NCBI RefSeq assembly: GCF_000143415.4
Contig: NW_003314268.1
Coordinates: 3,480,559 to 3,544,558 of the forward strand
Direction of reading: 5' to 3'
From: Selaginella moellendorffii
Taxonomy: Eukaryota > Plantae > Lycopodiophyta
Length of the DNA stretch: 64,000 nt
Position 1 is the first letter of the stretch, and every line of letters starts with the position of its first letter. The position numbers were made by a program, and so were the translations under genes. Shown here in pieces: positions 1 to 13,300 of the stretch. The notes below the pieces were generated by a model that saw only the letters and a list, made by a program, of their open reading frames with translations, was not told where the DNA came from and searched no databases.

Positions 1-874
1 AAGAATAATAAATATATACATTATATATATATTCATAGAGAGAGAGGAAAGAAATATTGTTAAAGGGAAAAAAATTACCTATTATTTCCAAAAATATTAT
101 TGTGAGTTTTGTTTTACATACAATCCTTTTACATTTTGTTTTCATTTGTTATTACAAGGTATAAAGTCTTTGTCAAAGTTTAGATAAACATTATACCAAT
201 TTAGGATAAATAAGATTTTTGAATTCATTTCTATCTTAGATTTAATTATAACACTCAATGATTTTTCCATTTAACCCATTTCCCTTTTTCATTATTAATT
301 TCTTCTTTTTTACCTTCTCTTGCACTACCTTTCTTTTCTTTTTTGGCCTAATTTTTTTTAATTGTTGGATGCTTTAAAATTGAATGTCTTGGAGTTTGGA
401 TACATTAAAATTAGGTAATTTATAATTTTAAATTTTAAAATTAAATGGATTAAAGTTTAAAACAGAAAATAAAGAGACATAAGGGGATTAAAGAAAATGA
501 TGTTGAATTAAAGAAAAATATATTTATTTAAAATGAGTTTGAAATGGAAGATGAAACATACTTTATAGTGGATATTTCATATAACATTTTGATTTTTATG
601 AAATTTTCCTGCCATTTTCCCACTAAGCTTAAAAAACATAAATATAATTTTGAATTTATTTAGGGCAAAATAAAATCTGTCCCCAGTTAGAGAAACTATA
701 TTTATTAAAAAAACCCAAAATGCTACCTTTTCTAGGTAATGAGTGGAAAAGCCAAAAAACTAATATAAGTAGAATTATATATAATTTTTTTTAACACTGA
801 CAGGTTCAGCACACACATGACACCGTGCCTATCACGGCTCAAAGTCATCTACATTCTCAAAAAACGGGAAGAGA

Positions 875-2602
875 ATGAATCTCTTGCTGCTCACTATAGT
901 GCTCTCACACCAGGGAATTATGACAATAATTGGTAGCGCCGCGAAAGAATGTGCGAGCTCCTGCGGAATTCAAGATGTGCACTATCCCTTTGGATTGCAA
1001 TTTGGATGCGGAGATCCCTCTCACTTGCTCAAGTGCACTGGCAACACTCTCGTGCTAACTCTCAACAATGGCGCTGATTATCCCCTCACCATTCTCTACC
1101 CCGATAGAAAGCTCGAGATAAGGAGCCCCAGCTCCATCAGAAATCTCCTCCCGGACATCTATTTCAACAATTTCTCAGAGTCGTGCAGCCCAAACTTCGT
1201 TCCGGCTCGCCGGTGCACAACAGAGTGTCTTGGTACGTAGATTCTAGGCGTGCATTCAAGTGTGCGGAGTGTGTGAAGTCGGGAGGGACTTGCGGCTACA
1301 CGGGCTACAATTCAACTTTCTTTCTATGCATCACAGATGATGAAGGTGAATTCATCTCAATTTCATGATTCAAGTTCTATATGGTCTCTTTGTTATGTTT
1401 CTAGATGTGATTACTTCTCAGCCTCCAACGTCCCTGCCCCTGAGCCGGCATCCACAGAGAAAAATCGCTGCAATATCAGGTATTAAAACTTTTAATCCAG
1501 GTTATGTTCTAATCGGTTATGTGCAGCTTCTGCTGTATGCTCCTTGCTGATCTTCGGCTGCTGCTGTAAGTACGTCTACAGGTTCAGACTGCACAAAAAC
1601 CTACAGCAACGCTCCCATCTCGCACAAAGGCTGAACGATTTCGAGGCAAGGCACATTTACTCCTACAAGGACTTGCACGTTGCAACCCAAGGGTTCAACG
1701 AGGGGTTCAAGCTGGGAAGCGGTGGATTCGGCACGGTTTACAAGGGCATCTTGCAAGACGGCACCGTGGTTGCCATCAAACGCAGCAAAAGCTCCGCCAA
1801 CTTTGGAGTCATGGACGAGCAGTTCCTCAACGAGATCACCATTCTCTCCCAGGTGAACCATAGGAACCTGGTAAAGCTCAAAGGGTGGTGCATGGATACT
1901 CGCCGAAACGCCCCTCCACTGCTCGTGTACGAATACGTCACCAATGGAACGCTGCTGGAACACTTGCAGTGCAAGCGAGGGGTGGTTCCTCTCGGCTGGG
2001 AGCAGCGCCTGCAGATTGTTATCGAGACCGCGGAGGCGCTGGCGTACCTCCACTCGGTGGCGGCACCGCCGATCTACCACCGCGACGTGAAATCGTCCAA
2101 CATTCTCCTGGATGATAGCCTGAGTGCCAAGGTCGCCGACTTTGGAATTTCCAAGCTCGTTGGAACTGGCGATGCCGCCACCACGCACGTCTCCACGCTC
2201 CGGATCCAAGGCACTCCAGGCTACTGCGATCCGGAGCTCATGACCACTTTCAGGCTCACGGACAAGAGCGACGTCTACAGCTTTGGAGTGGTGCTGCTGG
2301 AGCTCGTGACGGGGCAAAAGCCGCTGGATTTTGGGAGGGAATCGAGCAGGGTGAACTTGGCCTTCTACTCGCTGCCGCTGATAAGGATGGAGATGATTGA
2401 GGAGCTCGTGGATCCCAAGATGGGAGTGGTGAGCGCGGTGGAGCGCTGCAGCGTCGCGAGGGTGGCCGCCTTGGCGGACAAGTGCTTGGCCGAGTGTGGA
2501 GCGAATAGACCCAAGATGAGAGAAGTGGTGGAAGAGCTCACGAGCATAAGAGAGGAGATGAGGAGTTTTTTAGACTCGGGAGAAGTGACCTCGCGAGTAT
2601 AA
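875..2602 (+). CDS. WAK/LRK10L-like receptor-like kinase (signal peptide, GUB_WAK-type Cys-rich ectodomain, TM, RD Ser/Thr kinase); apparent frameshift in exon 1
   Basis: CASSCG..HYPFG..GCG and C..C..SGG.CGY ectodomain motifs; GT-AG introns 1346-1404 and 1480-1526; TM ASAVCSLLIFGCCC; kinase motifs GSGGFG, VAIK, HRDVKSSN, DFG, GTPGY, SDVYSFGV. Confidence 0.85.
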
Positions 2603-2632
2603 ACGTTTTTTAGACCGCCTTGGAAGTCTAGG

Positions 2633-2640
2633 TAGGGTTT
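2633..2640 (+). promoter_or_regulatory. Telo-box (TAGGGTTT) in the TOP3B 5' region
   Basis: Exact reverse complement of AAACCCTA 10 nt before the TOP3B ATG; the same motif occurs near the starts of DUF639 (14243) and the ArfGAP gene (22253). Confidence 0.45.
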
Positions 2641-2649
2641 AAGCAAGCG

Positions 2650-5600
2650 ATGGCGCCCGTCGTCCTCATGGTATGTGAAAGAACCGTTCTGTCTCTCGAT
2701 TGGGTGATGGGCTCTTGTTTTGTAGGTGGCGGAGAAGCCCAGCATTGCCGGAATGCTGGCTTCGTTTCTCTCTTCTGGTCGTGTAAGTTTTTGTCTCTCA
2801 AAGTTTTCGCTCTCTCATTCCATGCTTGAATCTTTTCCTATTTTCTTCAGATGAGCACTAGGAAATCCTACTTGGATGTTCACGAGTTTGATGGAACGTT
2901 TAGAGGTTTCCAAGCGCACTACAAGGTTACTTCTGTCATTGGTCATGTCTATGGGTGAGAAACCGTCGTTCTTCGTTTTCTTTGTTCTTCTTTTCACTAG
3001 CTTTCTGGATTTTCCAGCATTGATTTTCCTCCAAAGTATCAGAACTGGGAGCTGACGGATCCATTGGATCTTTTCGGAGCTCCTACGTTGAAAAACGAAG
3101 CAAATCCCAAGGTAACCTCACTCGGCAATGAACTTATTCTTACTGTGTGATCTTCCTGTTCTTTTTTTCTCCTTTGGTCTGCTTTTCAGGCTCACGTTTG
3201 CAAGCATCTCAGGCAAGAAGCTCGCGGCTGCGACTCCCTTGTCTTGTGGCTCGACTGCGACCGAGAAGGAGAAAACATCTGCTTTGAAGGTTCTTATTAC
3301 TGGTTTTCTCTTTTTCTTTCTAGAGACATCTTTGTTTTTTTTCTAGTTATGGAGAATGCTTTGCCTGTCATGAAGAAACGATCCGGACAGCAAGTGTTCA
3401 GAGCTCGCTTCTCCGCTGTGAGCGAGAAGGATGTAAAGACTGCCATGAGCAGCCTGGTTGAGCCAAACCAAAACGAGGCGCTTGCGGTAGATGCTCGGCA
3501 GGAGATCGATTTAAAAGTTGGAGTGGCATTCACTCGCTTCCAGACTCGTTTCTTTCAAGGAAAATACGGCAACCTGGACTCGAGCGTCATCTCGTAAGTT
3601 GGTCTTCTCGTGTTGTGTTTTCTCATTGCTTCACAACAGTTTTGGACCTTGCCAGACTCCAACTCTTGGTTTTTGCGTGGAGCGGCACACTCAGATCATC
3701 ACTTTCGTTCCGAAGCCATTCTGGACTTTGCATCCGCGCTTGAGCAAAGGTGGACACTCGCTGCAACTGGACTGGGAGCGCGGGAGAGTCTTCGAACAGG
3801 CAGTAAGTTGTGCAAGGCTTCTATTTCATCTTCACAACTTCTGGTATGAAGTTTTGCGTGTTTTCTAGACAGCTCTAGTCCCTCAGAAAGCGGTGCTCAA
3901 AAGCGGTTCTCTGAAAGTCCTCGATGTTTCACAAAAAGAGGAGCGAAAGGCTCGTCCAACAGGACTTAACACTGTCAACATGCTCAAGGTTCGCTCCATA
4001 TGATAGATTTCCACATACTTACCATTCTTTTTCGTTTTCTTTCGATAGGTTGCTTCGACAGCTCTTGGCATGGGTCCTCACCACGCCATGCAAATTGCGG
4101 AGCGTCTCTACGTCCAAGGATACATAAGGTTTGCCATTTCTTCTTCGCTCTTCTGTCCTCATGAATAAACTAACAGCTATCCCCGGACCGAGAGCACAGC
4201 CTACCCGGCGAGTTTTGACGTAAAGGAGTCACTGCTTCCACTGGGAAACCATCCCGTCTTTGGAGACTACGCTCGATCGTTGATAGCTGCTGGCGTTCGA
4301 GCCCCAAAGTCCGGCACCGACGCTGGCGACCATCCTCCAATCACTCCAATGCGTTCCGGGACCGAGTCCGAGCTTGGAGGAGATGCCTGGAGGCTCTACG
4401 ATTACATCTCCAGGCATTTTCTTGGGAGTGTGAGCCCGGACTGCAAGTATAAGCGGTAAGCTAAGAATTTTTCATTCTCTTCTAGTTTTGCTGAGCTTGA
4501 GGAACGCAGGACGAAAGTTACCTTCTCCGGTGGAGGCGAGGTTTTCACTTGCTCGGGGAAAGTTGTGACATCGCCGGGATTCACAATAGCTATGCCGTGG
4601 ATGGCTGTCACGGACGAAAATCTTCCTGCGTTTACTATTGGCGAGAGTCTTCCTTGCTCAGAGGTTGAGCTCTACCAGGTATACCATCTCAAAGCTTTTC
4701 CCATTGTTTTATTCTCGTCTTGGTCTTGTCAGGGAAGAACCTCTCCTCCTGATTACTTGACTGAGAGCGACCTGATATCTCTGATGGAGAAGCATGGGAT
4801 TGGTACGGACGCGTCCATTCCAGTGCATATCAACAACATATGCCAGAGAAACTACGTACAGGTAAAAGAAGATTTCTTTCTTCTTTCTTTCTTTCTCTCT
4901 GTTTTTGAGTTGTTTAAAAATGTGTTTTTTTTTCTTCTATTTTTCTCGAAGGTACAAACTGGAAGGCGCCTTGTGCCTACTGCTCTCGGTATAACACTCA
5001 TTCGAGGCTATCAAACCATCGACGCGGATTTATGCCTCCCGGACATCCGGAGCTTCATAGAGCAGCAAATCACGCTGATTGCCAAAGGTCAGGTGGATCA
5101 CGAAACCGTGGTGCGCAACTCGCTGGACAAGTTCGTCGCCAAGTTCAAGAACTTCGTGTCCGAGGCAAGCACCATGTTTTCTAAGTTTCTCAACTGTTTC
5201 TCTCCATAGATCGAGAAGATGGACGCTCTGTTCGAGGCTCACTTCTCTCCTCTCGCGGACTCCGGACGGCCCTTGAGCAAGTGTGGGAAATGCAAGCGCT
5301 ACATGAAATACATCACGCTGCGGCCATCTCGTCTCTACTGCTCAACCTGCGAGGAAGTATACCCGGTCCCGCAAAATGGTTCCATCAAGGTAATCCTTCT
5401 CCAGGGAATAGACACGCTAAGAAAAAACTCTTTTTTTCCTCAGCTCTACAAGGAGCTAGCTTGTCCACTTGACAACTTCGAGCTCGTCTTGTTCTCCCTC
5501 GGAGGACCCGACGGGAAATCCTATCCCCTCTGTCCCTACTGCTACAATCACCCTCTGGAATCTCCAGCAAGAGACCCGAGCAGCGAGGCCACAACCTCCA

Positions 5601-6160
5601 GCGATGATCAAGCCAGTGGCACTGCTCCTGGCGATGGAAATCCAAACACAAGACGGGGACGAGCAGCCACAGGGGCGGGGATGCCATGCACGATGTGTCC
5701 TCACGCGACGTGCCGCCACTCGGTGATGCAGCAGGGAGTGTGCGCTTGCCCCGAGTGCGATGGAACGCTCATCCTGGATCCCATCAGCGCGCCAAAGTGG
5801 AGGCTCGACTGCAACAAGTGTAGCTTCCTCGTCTACCTCCCCGCCAACACGCACAAGGTGTCGAGGAGCGAGCACGATTACTGCGACGACTGTGGCTCGG
5901 CGCTCCTGGAGGTGGACTTCCACAAGAACAACACGCCGCTGGAGGGCGGGAGGACGCTCCACACGGCGTGCGTGGTCTGCGACGAGCTCTTGCAGTCTCT
6001 GGTGGTGATGAAGCACGGCAAGAGCTTTGGGCGATCGCGAGGGAGGGGGAGAGGGAGGGGGAGGGGGAGAGGACGAGGGAGAGGGCGAGGGAGGGGTGGA
6101 GGGAGAGGTGGCGGGCGAGGAAAGCACCAAGATCCCCGGATGAGTTTCAGGGATTTCTAG
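2650..6160 (+). CDS. TOP3B: DNA/RNA topoisomerase III beta (multi-exon)
   Basis: MAPVVLM|VAEKPSIA Toprim start, LWLDCDREGENICFEV, GPCQTPTLGF, GYISYPRTES active-site Tyr, HGIGTDASI, C-terminal CxxC zinc ribbons and RG tail; about 14 short introns. Confidence 0.97.
6038..6121 (+). repeat. Purine-rich repeat encoding the (RG)n/RGG tail of TOP3B
   Basis: AGGGGG/CGAGGG units translating to RGRGRGRG...GGRGGGRG. Confidence 0.9.
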
Positions 6161-6924
6161 CCTCGTGTTTTCCCTCCAAAACTATAAACCCTAATACTCG
6201 AAAGAGGATAAGCTAAATGTTTCTTTAACTTGTATCTTCGAGATTCATGGAGAGAACGATGCAATTGACCAGGTAATTCGACTTCGGTTCTTTTTTCTTA
6301 GCGCTAACACTGTTCTGGAGAAAAATGAGAGTGGACTTGTCCTAGCTTCTTTGTTGGCTTGTGCCATTTGGAATAGAAAGAAATGGTATGGTTTCTGTTT
6401 TGGTACAGTGAAAGAAAGAATTGTTTTTCTTTGTTTATATAGGTTTTGGACACTCGCCGGCTAGCGAATGGCTCGGCGGCGCACAACATCACACAATGAC
6501 CTGGTCTCATAACAAATTCAAAGTGGTCCTTGGGTTCCATTCTGAGAAGGTTTGTCGATGAAAAGCTGATCATACCCTACTTATGAGGTGATGAGTGACC
6601 TGGTCTCATGACAAAGTCAAAGTAAACACCGCGTCGTCATGTTCACACCATTGAACATCTTTTTGATAATCCAATGTCAGTTGTTACTGGGGGAGAGGAC
6701 GGACAATCTCAACATTCCCATCGATCCTTGCTCTTGGCGAAGAACAAGAAAAAAGCGACACTACCCTGATCGACACTACCAAAAGTCAAACTTCGCGGGC
6801 TTAATCATTTCAAAGCATCCACAGATACACTGGGTTTATTTAGTTTTGTGTTTCCTCCATAGATCGAGACGAAGATCTCAAGCCAGAGTATGAGCAAGAA
6901 GAAGCGAACTCACTCCCGTCTTGC

Positions 6925-7374
6925 TCACGCTGTCGAGCCAATCAAAGCTCCCGCACTTGATCTGTTTCGCGTGGGCGTGGTGGCGGTGCCAGTGTACTTG
7001 GAATAGAGTATCTCACCGCTTAGCACCCGGCCCGTCTTCATCTCCTCGCCGGAGCCATCGCGCAGGTGGAAAACGTTGGGCTCCTCCTCCGTCACGCGGA
7101 AGCTCTTCCGGGAATCTGCTGGACACACGAGGTCGCTCAGGTCGATGTGCAGGCCCGTGGGCAGCTCGTCTCCGTTTGGCTCCAGCAGCAGGATGGCTAC
7201 GCGGAAGTAAGTGCGCGATGGGATCCTGATCAACACATTCTGCGGCCTCACACTGTTGGGCTTCACCACCCCAAACGCCTGCCCGTAGATCGTCCTGAAT
7301 CTGTCGCGCAGAACAAGAGGATGGCTAGTCTGGTTTTCAATCCTCACACTAGCTTTTGAGCCTGAAGCACCCAT
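6925..7374 (-). CDS. Small single-exon protein of unknown function with N-myristoylation motif (149 aa)
   Basis: Clean ATG-to-stop ORF starting MGASGSK (MGxxxS/K), GC-rich coding-like composition, AATAAA downstream. Confidence 0.7.
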   Translation of the reverse strand: MGASGSKASVRIENQTSHPLVLRDRFRTIYGQAFGVVKPNSVRPQNVLIRIPSRTYFRVAILLLEPNGDELPTGLHIDLSDLVCPADSRKSFRVTEEEPNVFHLRDGSGEEMKTGRVLSGEILYSKYTGTATTPTRNRSSAGALIGSTA

Positions 7375-7660
7375 GTCTGTGCAGAGAGAAAGTGAGTTCT
7401 CAGCAAAGAAGTCTGTTCCCTATTGCAGACACGAGGTGAACACACGTCTTAAATTGATATTATCATTATTATCGTCATTTAGCGCAACTACAAGCAATGG
7501 GTGATGTATGCACAGGAATCGATCAAATACGCGTTAAGAGCTTTCTAAACCAAGAAGAGATATAATGGAGACAACGAAGAATTACTGTACAAAGCACTGT
7601 TGCTGCTGCCTGAGCTACCTTCCTACCCAAGAAAAAGGAAACCAGAACCACGCAAAACAC

Positions 7661-10013
7661 TCAAAATGGCGCCTCTAGAGATTCATCCCACACCTCGGCA
7701 CTTCCATTTGATGCATCCTCCGCGTCTTCCTCCATCGACAAGCGGATGTATTCTTGGTGAGCAAACCGATCCCACTCTGTTAGCGTTGGATCCTCCCTCT
7801 CCTGGAAACACGGGAGTCAAGAGCCTTCCCGTGAACGAAACCATCTCAAAGTAAACTCTTACTTGTCGGATGAGGAATGGGTCGCGTGTCTCGAACGCCA
7901 CGAACTTATTCAGATTGAAGAGAATGTTGAAGAAGTTGCCAGAAAGCTTGCACCTCTTCAGGTCGCGTAGCGTTAGCTGCCCTTGCTTCTGCAATCGATC
8001 ACATAAGCATTGACGAGAGCCCGGAAGCTACAAACAGCTAACGCACCTCTGGGCAGATCATGTCCGTCATCTGGCAGACTATGTCCTCGAAGAGGACGGG
8101 GTCTTGAGCTAGGCACTCCATGCGATGCAATTGCTCCTCATAAAAGTACTGCATCTCGTTTGGAGTCACCACTCCGTCACAATCCAGATCGATACATTTG
8201 AACCTGGAAGTCGCGATCTGTCAATCGATCGATCTTACAGAAGATTCAAGACGTCGCTTACCAGTACTCCAAGCTTGGTTCAGACGTTTTGTCCTCCTCC
8301 GATAAAATGAACCACACAAAGTCCTCGTAACCCATCTTTCCTTCCACGGAACTCGTAAACTTTCTTGGAACCTGACAAATACTAAAAACATGAAGCACAT
8401 TAGAGGAACCGAGAACTCGAAAGATCATTCTTTTGGAAAGTGCCAAACGTTACCTGTGAGAAGATCCTTTCCACTATACGAAATGTGAGAGCGTGATTGC
8501 CGTATCTCAAAAGGTCAGTCTTGTCGATTAAGAAGTCGTGGTCCGTGTCAAGCTCCCAAAACTTGCAGTAGATAACGTAAAAGTGTTCGTAGGAAAAATA
8601 TCTAGCATCCCACTGTCAGCAAAAACATATTGTATCTCGAATAGGACTTACTTTAGGACCTTGTTGATGTCTTCTTCCTCGTCTACTTGAAGCAGTGCTG
8701 CAACAAGGTTGCTTCTTCTCAACTCTCTTAGCAATAGCCTTCCATTTCCAGATCTATTTACATGGTAGAATATCCTGTACATTACTGTCTCGGCTGCGAA
8801 CAAAAAGAACAAAAGCAAACAAAGAAAAAGAATGATTTGAGCGACAACAAAAAAAAAAACTAAACAAATCAGCCAACCATATCTTTCTTGAAACTCAGGA
8901 GTGTCATGAAGAAATTCCAAACCGCGGTGAGTCATCAAAAGCTCCTTCAAGATTGGTTTGAAATCCTCCTGGAGATACGATACAATTATGCTTTCAAGAA
9001 TATCGGCTGCTAAAGTTACCTGAGTAATATACTTCTTGTCAGGTTTCTTTAACACGTTGAATATACGAGAAGCCATATCTGATGTGAGCATATTCTGTTC
9101 AAGCCAATACTCGATAAACCTGTCCCTGAAATCATGAAGATGCGGGCGAGTTAGGAAAAAAGAGAAAAGGAAAAAACACCAACACGACAATGCCGTTAAC
9201 CTTGTCACAAGTCCCGTGTCCTCCACATCAATCTTCTTGAACAAACAGCTAGAAAAAAAGGAAGGGAGCTTGCATACTTCCTTAGTCACAGGCGCAAAAG
9301 CTAAAGAAGACATGTACCTTAGAAAACCATATAGACAATTAAACAATAAGGACGATATGAACCTGACAATGGCAAACCATAAGAATGCCCCGCAAAAAGT
9401 TGATCAATCCTTTTCAGACATTGCTCCGCCATATCTTGCGGCGCAGGAGGACCATTTGGGAAATAGAACTGCCGAAAAAAAGAGAGTTTTCATGAGTTTC
9501 TCGCGAAAAAAAGGGAGAGAAGAACAAAGACGAAAAGAAAGAAGAAACTTACTTGAGGGATATGTTCTCTAATCGGTTCGCTAGCTCGTTTTAATGGAGA
9601 ACCAGTACTCGCTCCAGTCCTTTTCATGGGAGACTTGGGTGAAAGTGGCGAGCCCGAGGTGCTTCGAGGAGACAATGGAGGTGTGCTTCCAACAGCAAAC
9701 ATTCCCGGAAGAGCTGACATCGCACCCCCGGAATTTCCATTCCCTGGACTGGAAGATGGAACTGGTAGCACGAGTCCTGCCTTGGCATCTTCTAGCAAAG
9801 ACAGCACCTACGCAAGAAAAGTTCTTTCGTGAAATGGTTTCTAGTGGAGTGACTCACCAGTCGATGTGTATCCGGCAAAGAGAGCCACTGCGTGAAGAGA
9901 TCTTCCAGCCGCATTCTACACGCGACAGGCTTTGTGGGTGGAGAGGGCAAATCCGGCAGCTGGAGCAGCTCCGGATCAAGAACACCGACGTCCACCGCCA
10001 TCGCCGACTCCAT
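7661..10013 (-). CDS. Protein phosphatase 2A regulatory subunit B'' (EF-hand type, multi-exon)
   Basis: [69 protein letters not shown]-terminal SLEAPF*. Confidence 0.95.
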
Positions 10014-10316
10014 TCACACACGAACCCTACCCGCGCCAAAGATCTCCACGGATCACGCGCGGCGTCGATTCAAGAGCTTCGCTAGCTGCTGGCGATCTCG
10101 CGAAGCTCTTCCTGGATCCAGAGTCGCGGCGCAACGCCCAGGCGCTCCTGCTTCCCTGCCACAGTGTAATGCTTCTCTCAGTTTTTAGGTCAACATGAAC
10201 ATCAGCCACGTGGACCACTCCAGCTCGTCGATTCGTACGACGATCTTAAACCGTCGATTATAGGGCACTTGGGAGTGTTTTCCCGCTCGAAACAGAGCCC
10301 TAACTGCTCGAGCCGG

Positions 10317-13300
10317 ATGGAGTGTCCACAGGCTCTGGTAAGCGCGCCCTGGATCGATCAATCCTCTTTGACATCCATAGTGATGGATCCTCTAGGACAT
10401 CCATCGCGTCTATGGATTTTCGAGCAGTGTGATCTGTGGCGTTGTGGACATTAGGACGAACGATCGCGACTGCGTAGCTTATGCCGCTGGGAATGCGATC
10501 GTTATTCATCACTGTCCCTCGCATCGCCAGGTATTTGGATCGATTTTCCCTCTAGATTCCAGCGATCTTGCTGTGCGTGTAGACAATCTTGCAAGGACAC
10601 ATCCACCAGATCAAATGCTTAGCTCCAACTCCTAACAAGAGCAACATAATATCGGCAGACTGTGGCCCGGACGCCGCGATTATCATCTGGGATTCTTCCA
10701 CCGGACAGGTATGGCTTTTCTTTTTGAGTTCTTTGGATAGGAATTTTTGCTTCGTAGGCTGTGAAAGCAGTAGCACAAGATATAAGTGGTGGAGTTATAG
10801 CAATTGATATTTCTCCCGATGGAGCGCTCTTTGCTACCCTCAGCGACACTGGTACGATACCAACGTAGCTTAGCAATTGTCTTTTCAATTTTTTTACAAG
10901 GTGCAGCTTGCAGAATACTGTTCCAAGCAGGTGCTTTGCATTTGGGATGTTGAGATCTCTAATGGCGAGCCGCTTGCTGCCGCTGTTGTGGCCTCCAAAA
11001 AACCGCAAGTAAGTTTGTCTTGCAGCTGAGAAAACTTCTCTTACTCGTGTTTACATTCAGACTTGCGTGCGCTTCAATGGGGGTGATCAAACTGAGCTTG
11101 TCACCAATGGACAAAAGAGTGTTTACTTTTGGAGGCATGTCAAGGTTAGTAGCTAGTTTGTATTGATGGAGATAAAAAATCCTGTGTTCTGCAGAAGGAG
11201 AATGCTAGAGGATCTTTGGAGGGGCTGAAAGCTGTTCTAAAGGCAGCGGAGTTGAAACAAGCGGTTGGATTGTTTACAGTCACAACCTTTGTACCGAATA
11301 CCGCATTCGCTATAACTGCAACAACTGATGGCGATGTAGTTGTATGGGAGCAGTAAGCATCGTACCAAAAGAGCCATCTAGCTCGCTGACTGAGAGGCGT
11401 TGCAGGTCTGTATATTCAGATGATTCGGAAGATCCAAAGCCAAGGACAATGCAAGCTACCAAAGTGATCAAGCTTCACAACTCGGCAATTCTAGTAATGA
11501 CAACAATCAAGCAGTATGTTGCAACCGGAGGGTCAGATGGCTATTTACATTTTTATGATTCAAGAATAGGTCTCACTGGGTGGTTTGAGGAGCTAGCAGC
11601 AGGTAACTTTGTTGTTCAAACGCATCTTATTGAGTATTGCGTTCCTTACAGGCGAGGTTACTTCCCTCTCATTCTCTGCTATTGAAGAAAGTGAAGATGA
11701 AGTTGCATATAACTCGCTCAAAGTACCTCCGTTTGTTGTTGGTACAAGGAAGGCACACATTCTTCTTCTCCATGCTGGTATTTTTGAGGAACAGCCAGGG
11801 TCTGCTTCATGCAAGGTACAGTTGTTCCTGATAATTATAATGCGATCGAATTTTGTTTGTTCTATCAGGGTGAAGAGGTAACAGAATACCTGCCAGAGAC
11901 TGTTCAATCTATGACTGGACATCCTTTGCTGCCTTGCTTTGCAACTATTAGCACGGATGGATTGTTTCAGGTTTGTTAGCTAGACTATACAACACTCTTG
12001 GTGTTATTTTCACGTGAAATAGGTTCACGATTATAGCACAAGAGAGCTTGTGAACGAGAGGAAGTTTTCATATCTTAAGGTAAATGTCATTTCCAAGTCT
12101 CAAATAAGTCGTCCCAATCCGTCATGTAACATTTTGCAGACCATGCAATTGCCAGGCTTCAATAATCAAGTACTCCCCAACGGCTTCCTTGATTGCTTGT
12201 GGCTTCACAAATGGTATTGCTAAGGTAAGAACGCTTTTTGTAGTAGTTTCGCTGATGATCTATTTGCCGTCGCAGCTTGTTAATGCAGAAACTTTGGTAG
12301 ATATACAGAGCTTCTCATTTTCGTCATCTACCCTTCACAAGGTAATAATGTGCAATCGCCGTTGCCAAAAAGTGACGCGCTGCTATTTTGACTGCAGTTC
12401 GCGTTCTCCCACGATGGAACGCTTTTGGCAGCAGCAGATGGAAGTTGTGCTGTCGCTCTGCTAAGCTGCAGACACCAGGTTCTGATAACATTAAGTAGGA
12501 GTTCTAAGTTTTTGAACTCTTTTGTTTCCGCGATCAGGATGACGGAAGGTGGTTATACATTGGTAAATACAGGTCTCATGCGAGGCCCATTGTTGGTTTG
12601 CAGTTTATTCTGGACCGTCGGGGTCTCAGCAGATTATTCTCTGTTGCTCAGGTACTCATATACTTTTGTTTGTTAACGCATTGATGTTTAGGCGGGCATT
12701 CACAGGATAACATGCTTGTCGAGTATGATCTAGTTCAATCAGATACGGATGTGGGACTTAATTTGAGGGGAACGTGGGAACTCGGATCATTGCTGAAGCC
12801 ATCGTCATTGTTTCCATCAATAGATCCAAAGTCGGGAGAGGTATAACTGTCTCGGCTTCGAATTCGCTGGAGACATTTACATGCGTATGCTATTCAGGTG
12901 CAAGTGCTTGTCACCGACGAAGGGTTTAAGTTGCGGGTCTATGAGACTGATAACTACATTTGCGAGAAAACATTTCTTGGTCCAAGCTTTGGAAATCCTG
13001 TGAGCCAGATGGTCAGGCTTCCTGGCGGTGAAGCTGGAAAGGTACGATGCGAGTATGTATGTATGACGTTCTCTTACCCTTCGGCTTGCAGGATTATCTT
13101 GCATATGTAACCAGAGAACAAATTCTCGGGATAACAACATTTCCAGCTGCCGATCAAATGAACTTGCACATTATGGGTGTTGTAGCCCATGCCGGTGCTA
13201 TAACTTCGATGGCAATATCGCACGATTCACAATATATTATGACAGCGGGAATCGACAGGCATGGAAAAGATTTTTTTTTTTTTTTTGAACTAGCACTAAA

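Noticed and set aside
1601-2317. 238-aa antisense ORF in the kinase gene (similar ones at 5456-6130 and 23303-23674)
   Set aside because: Antisense shadows of GC3-rich or repetitive coding sequence
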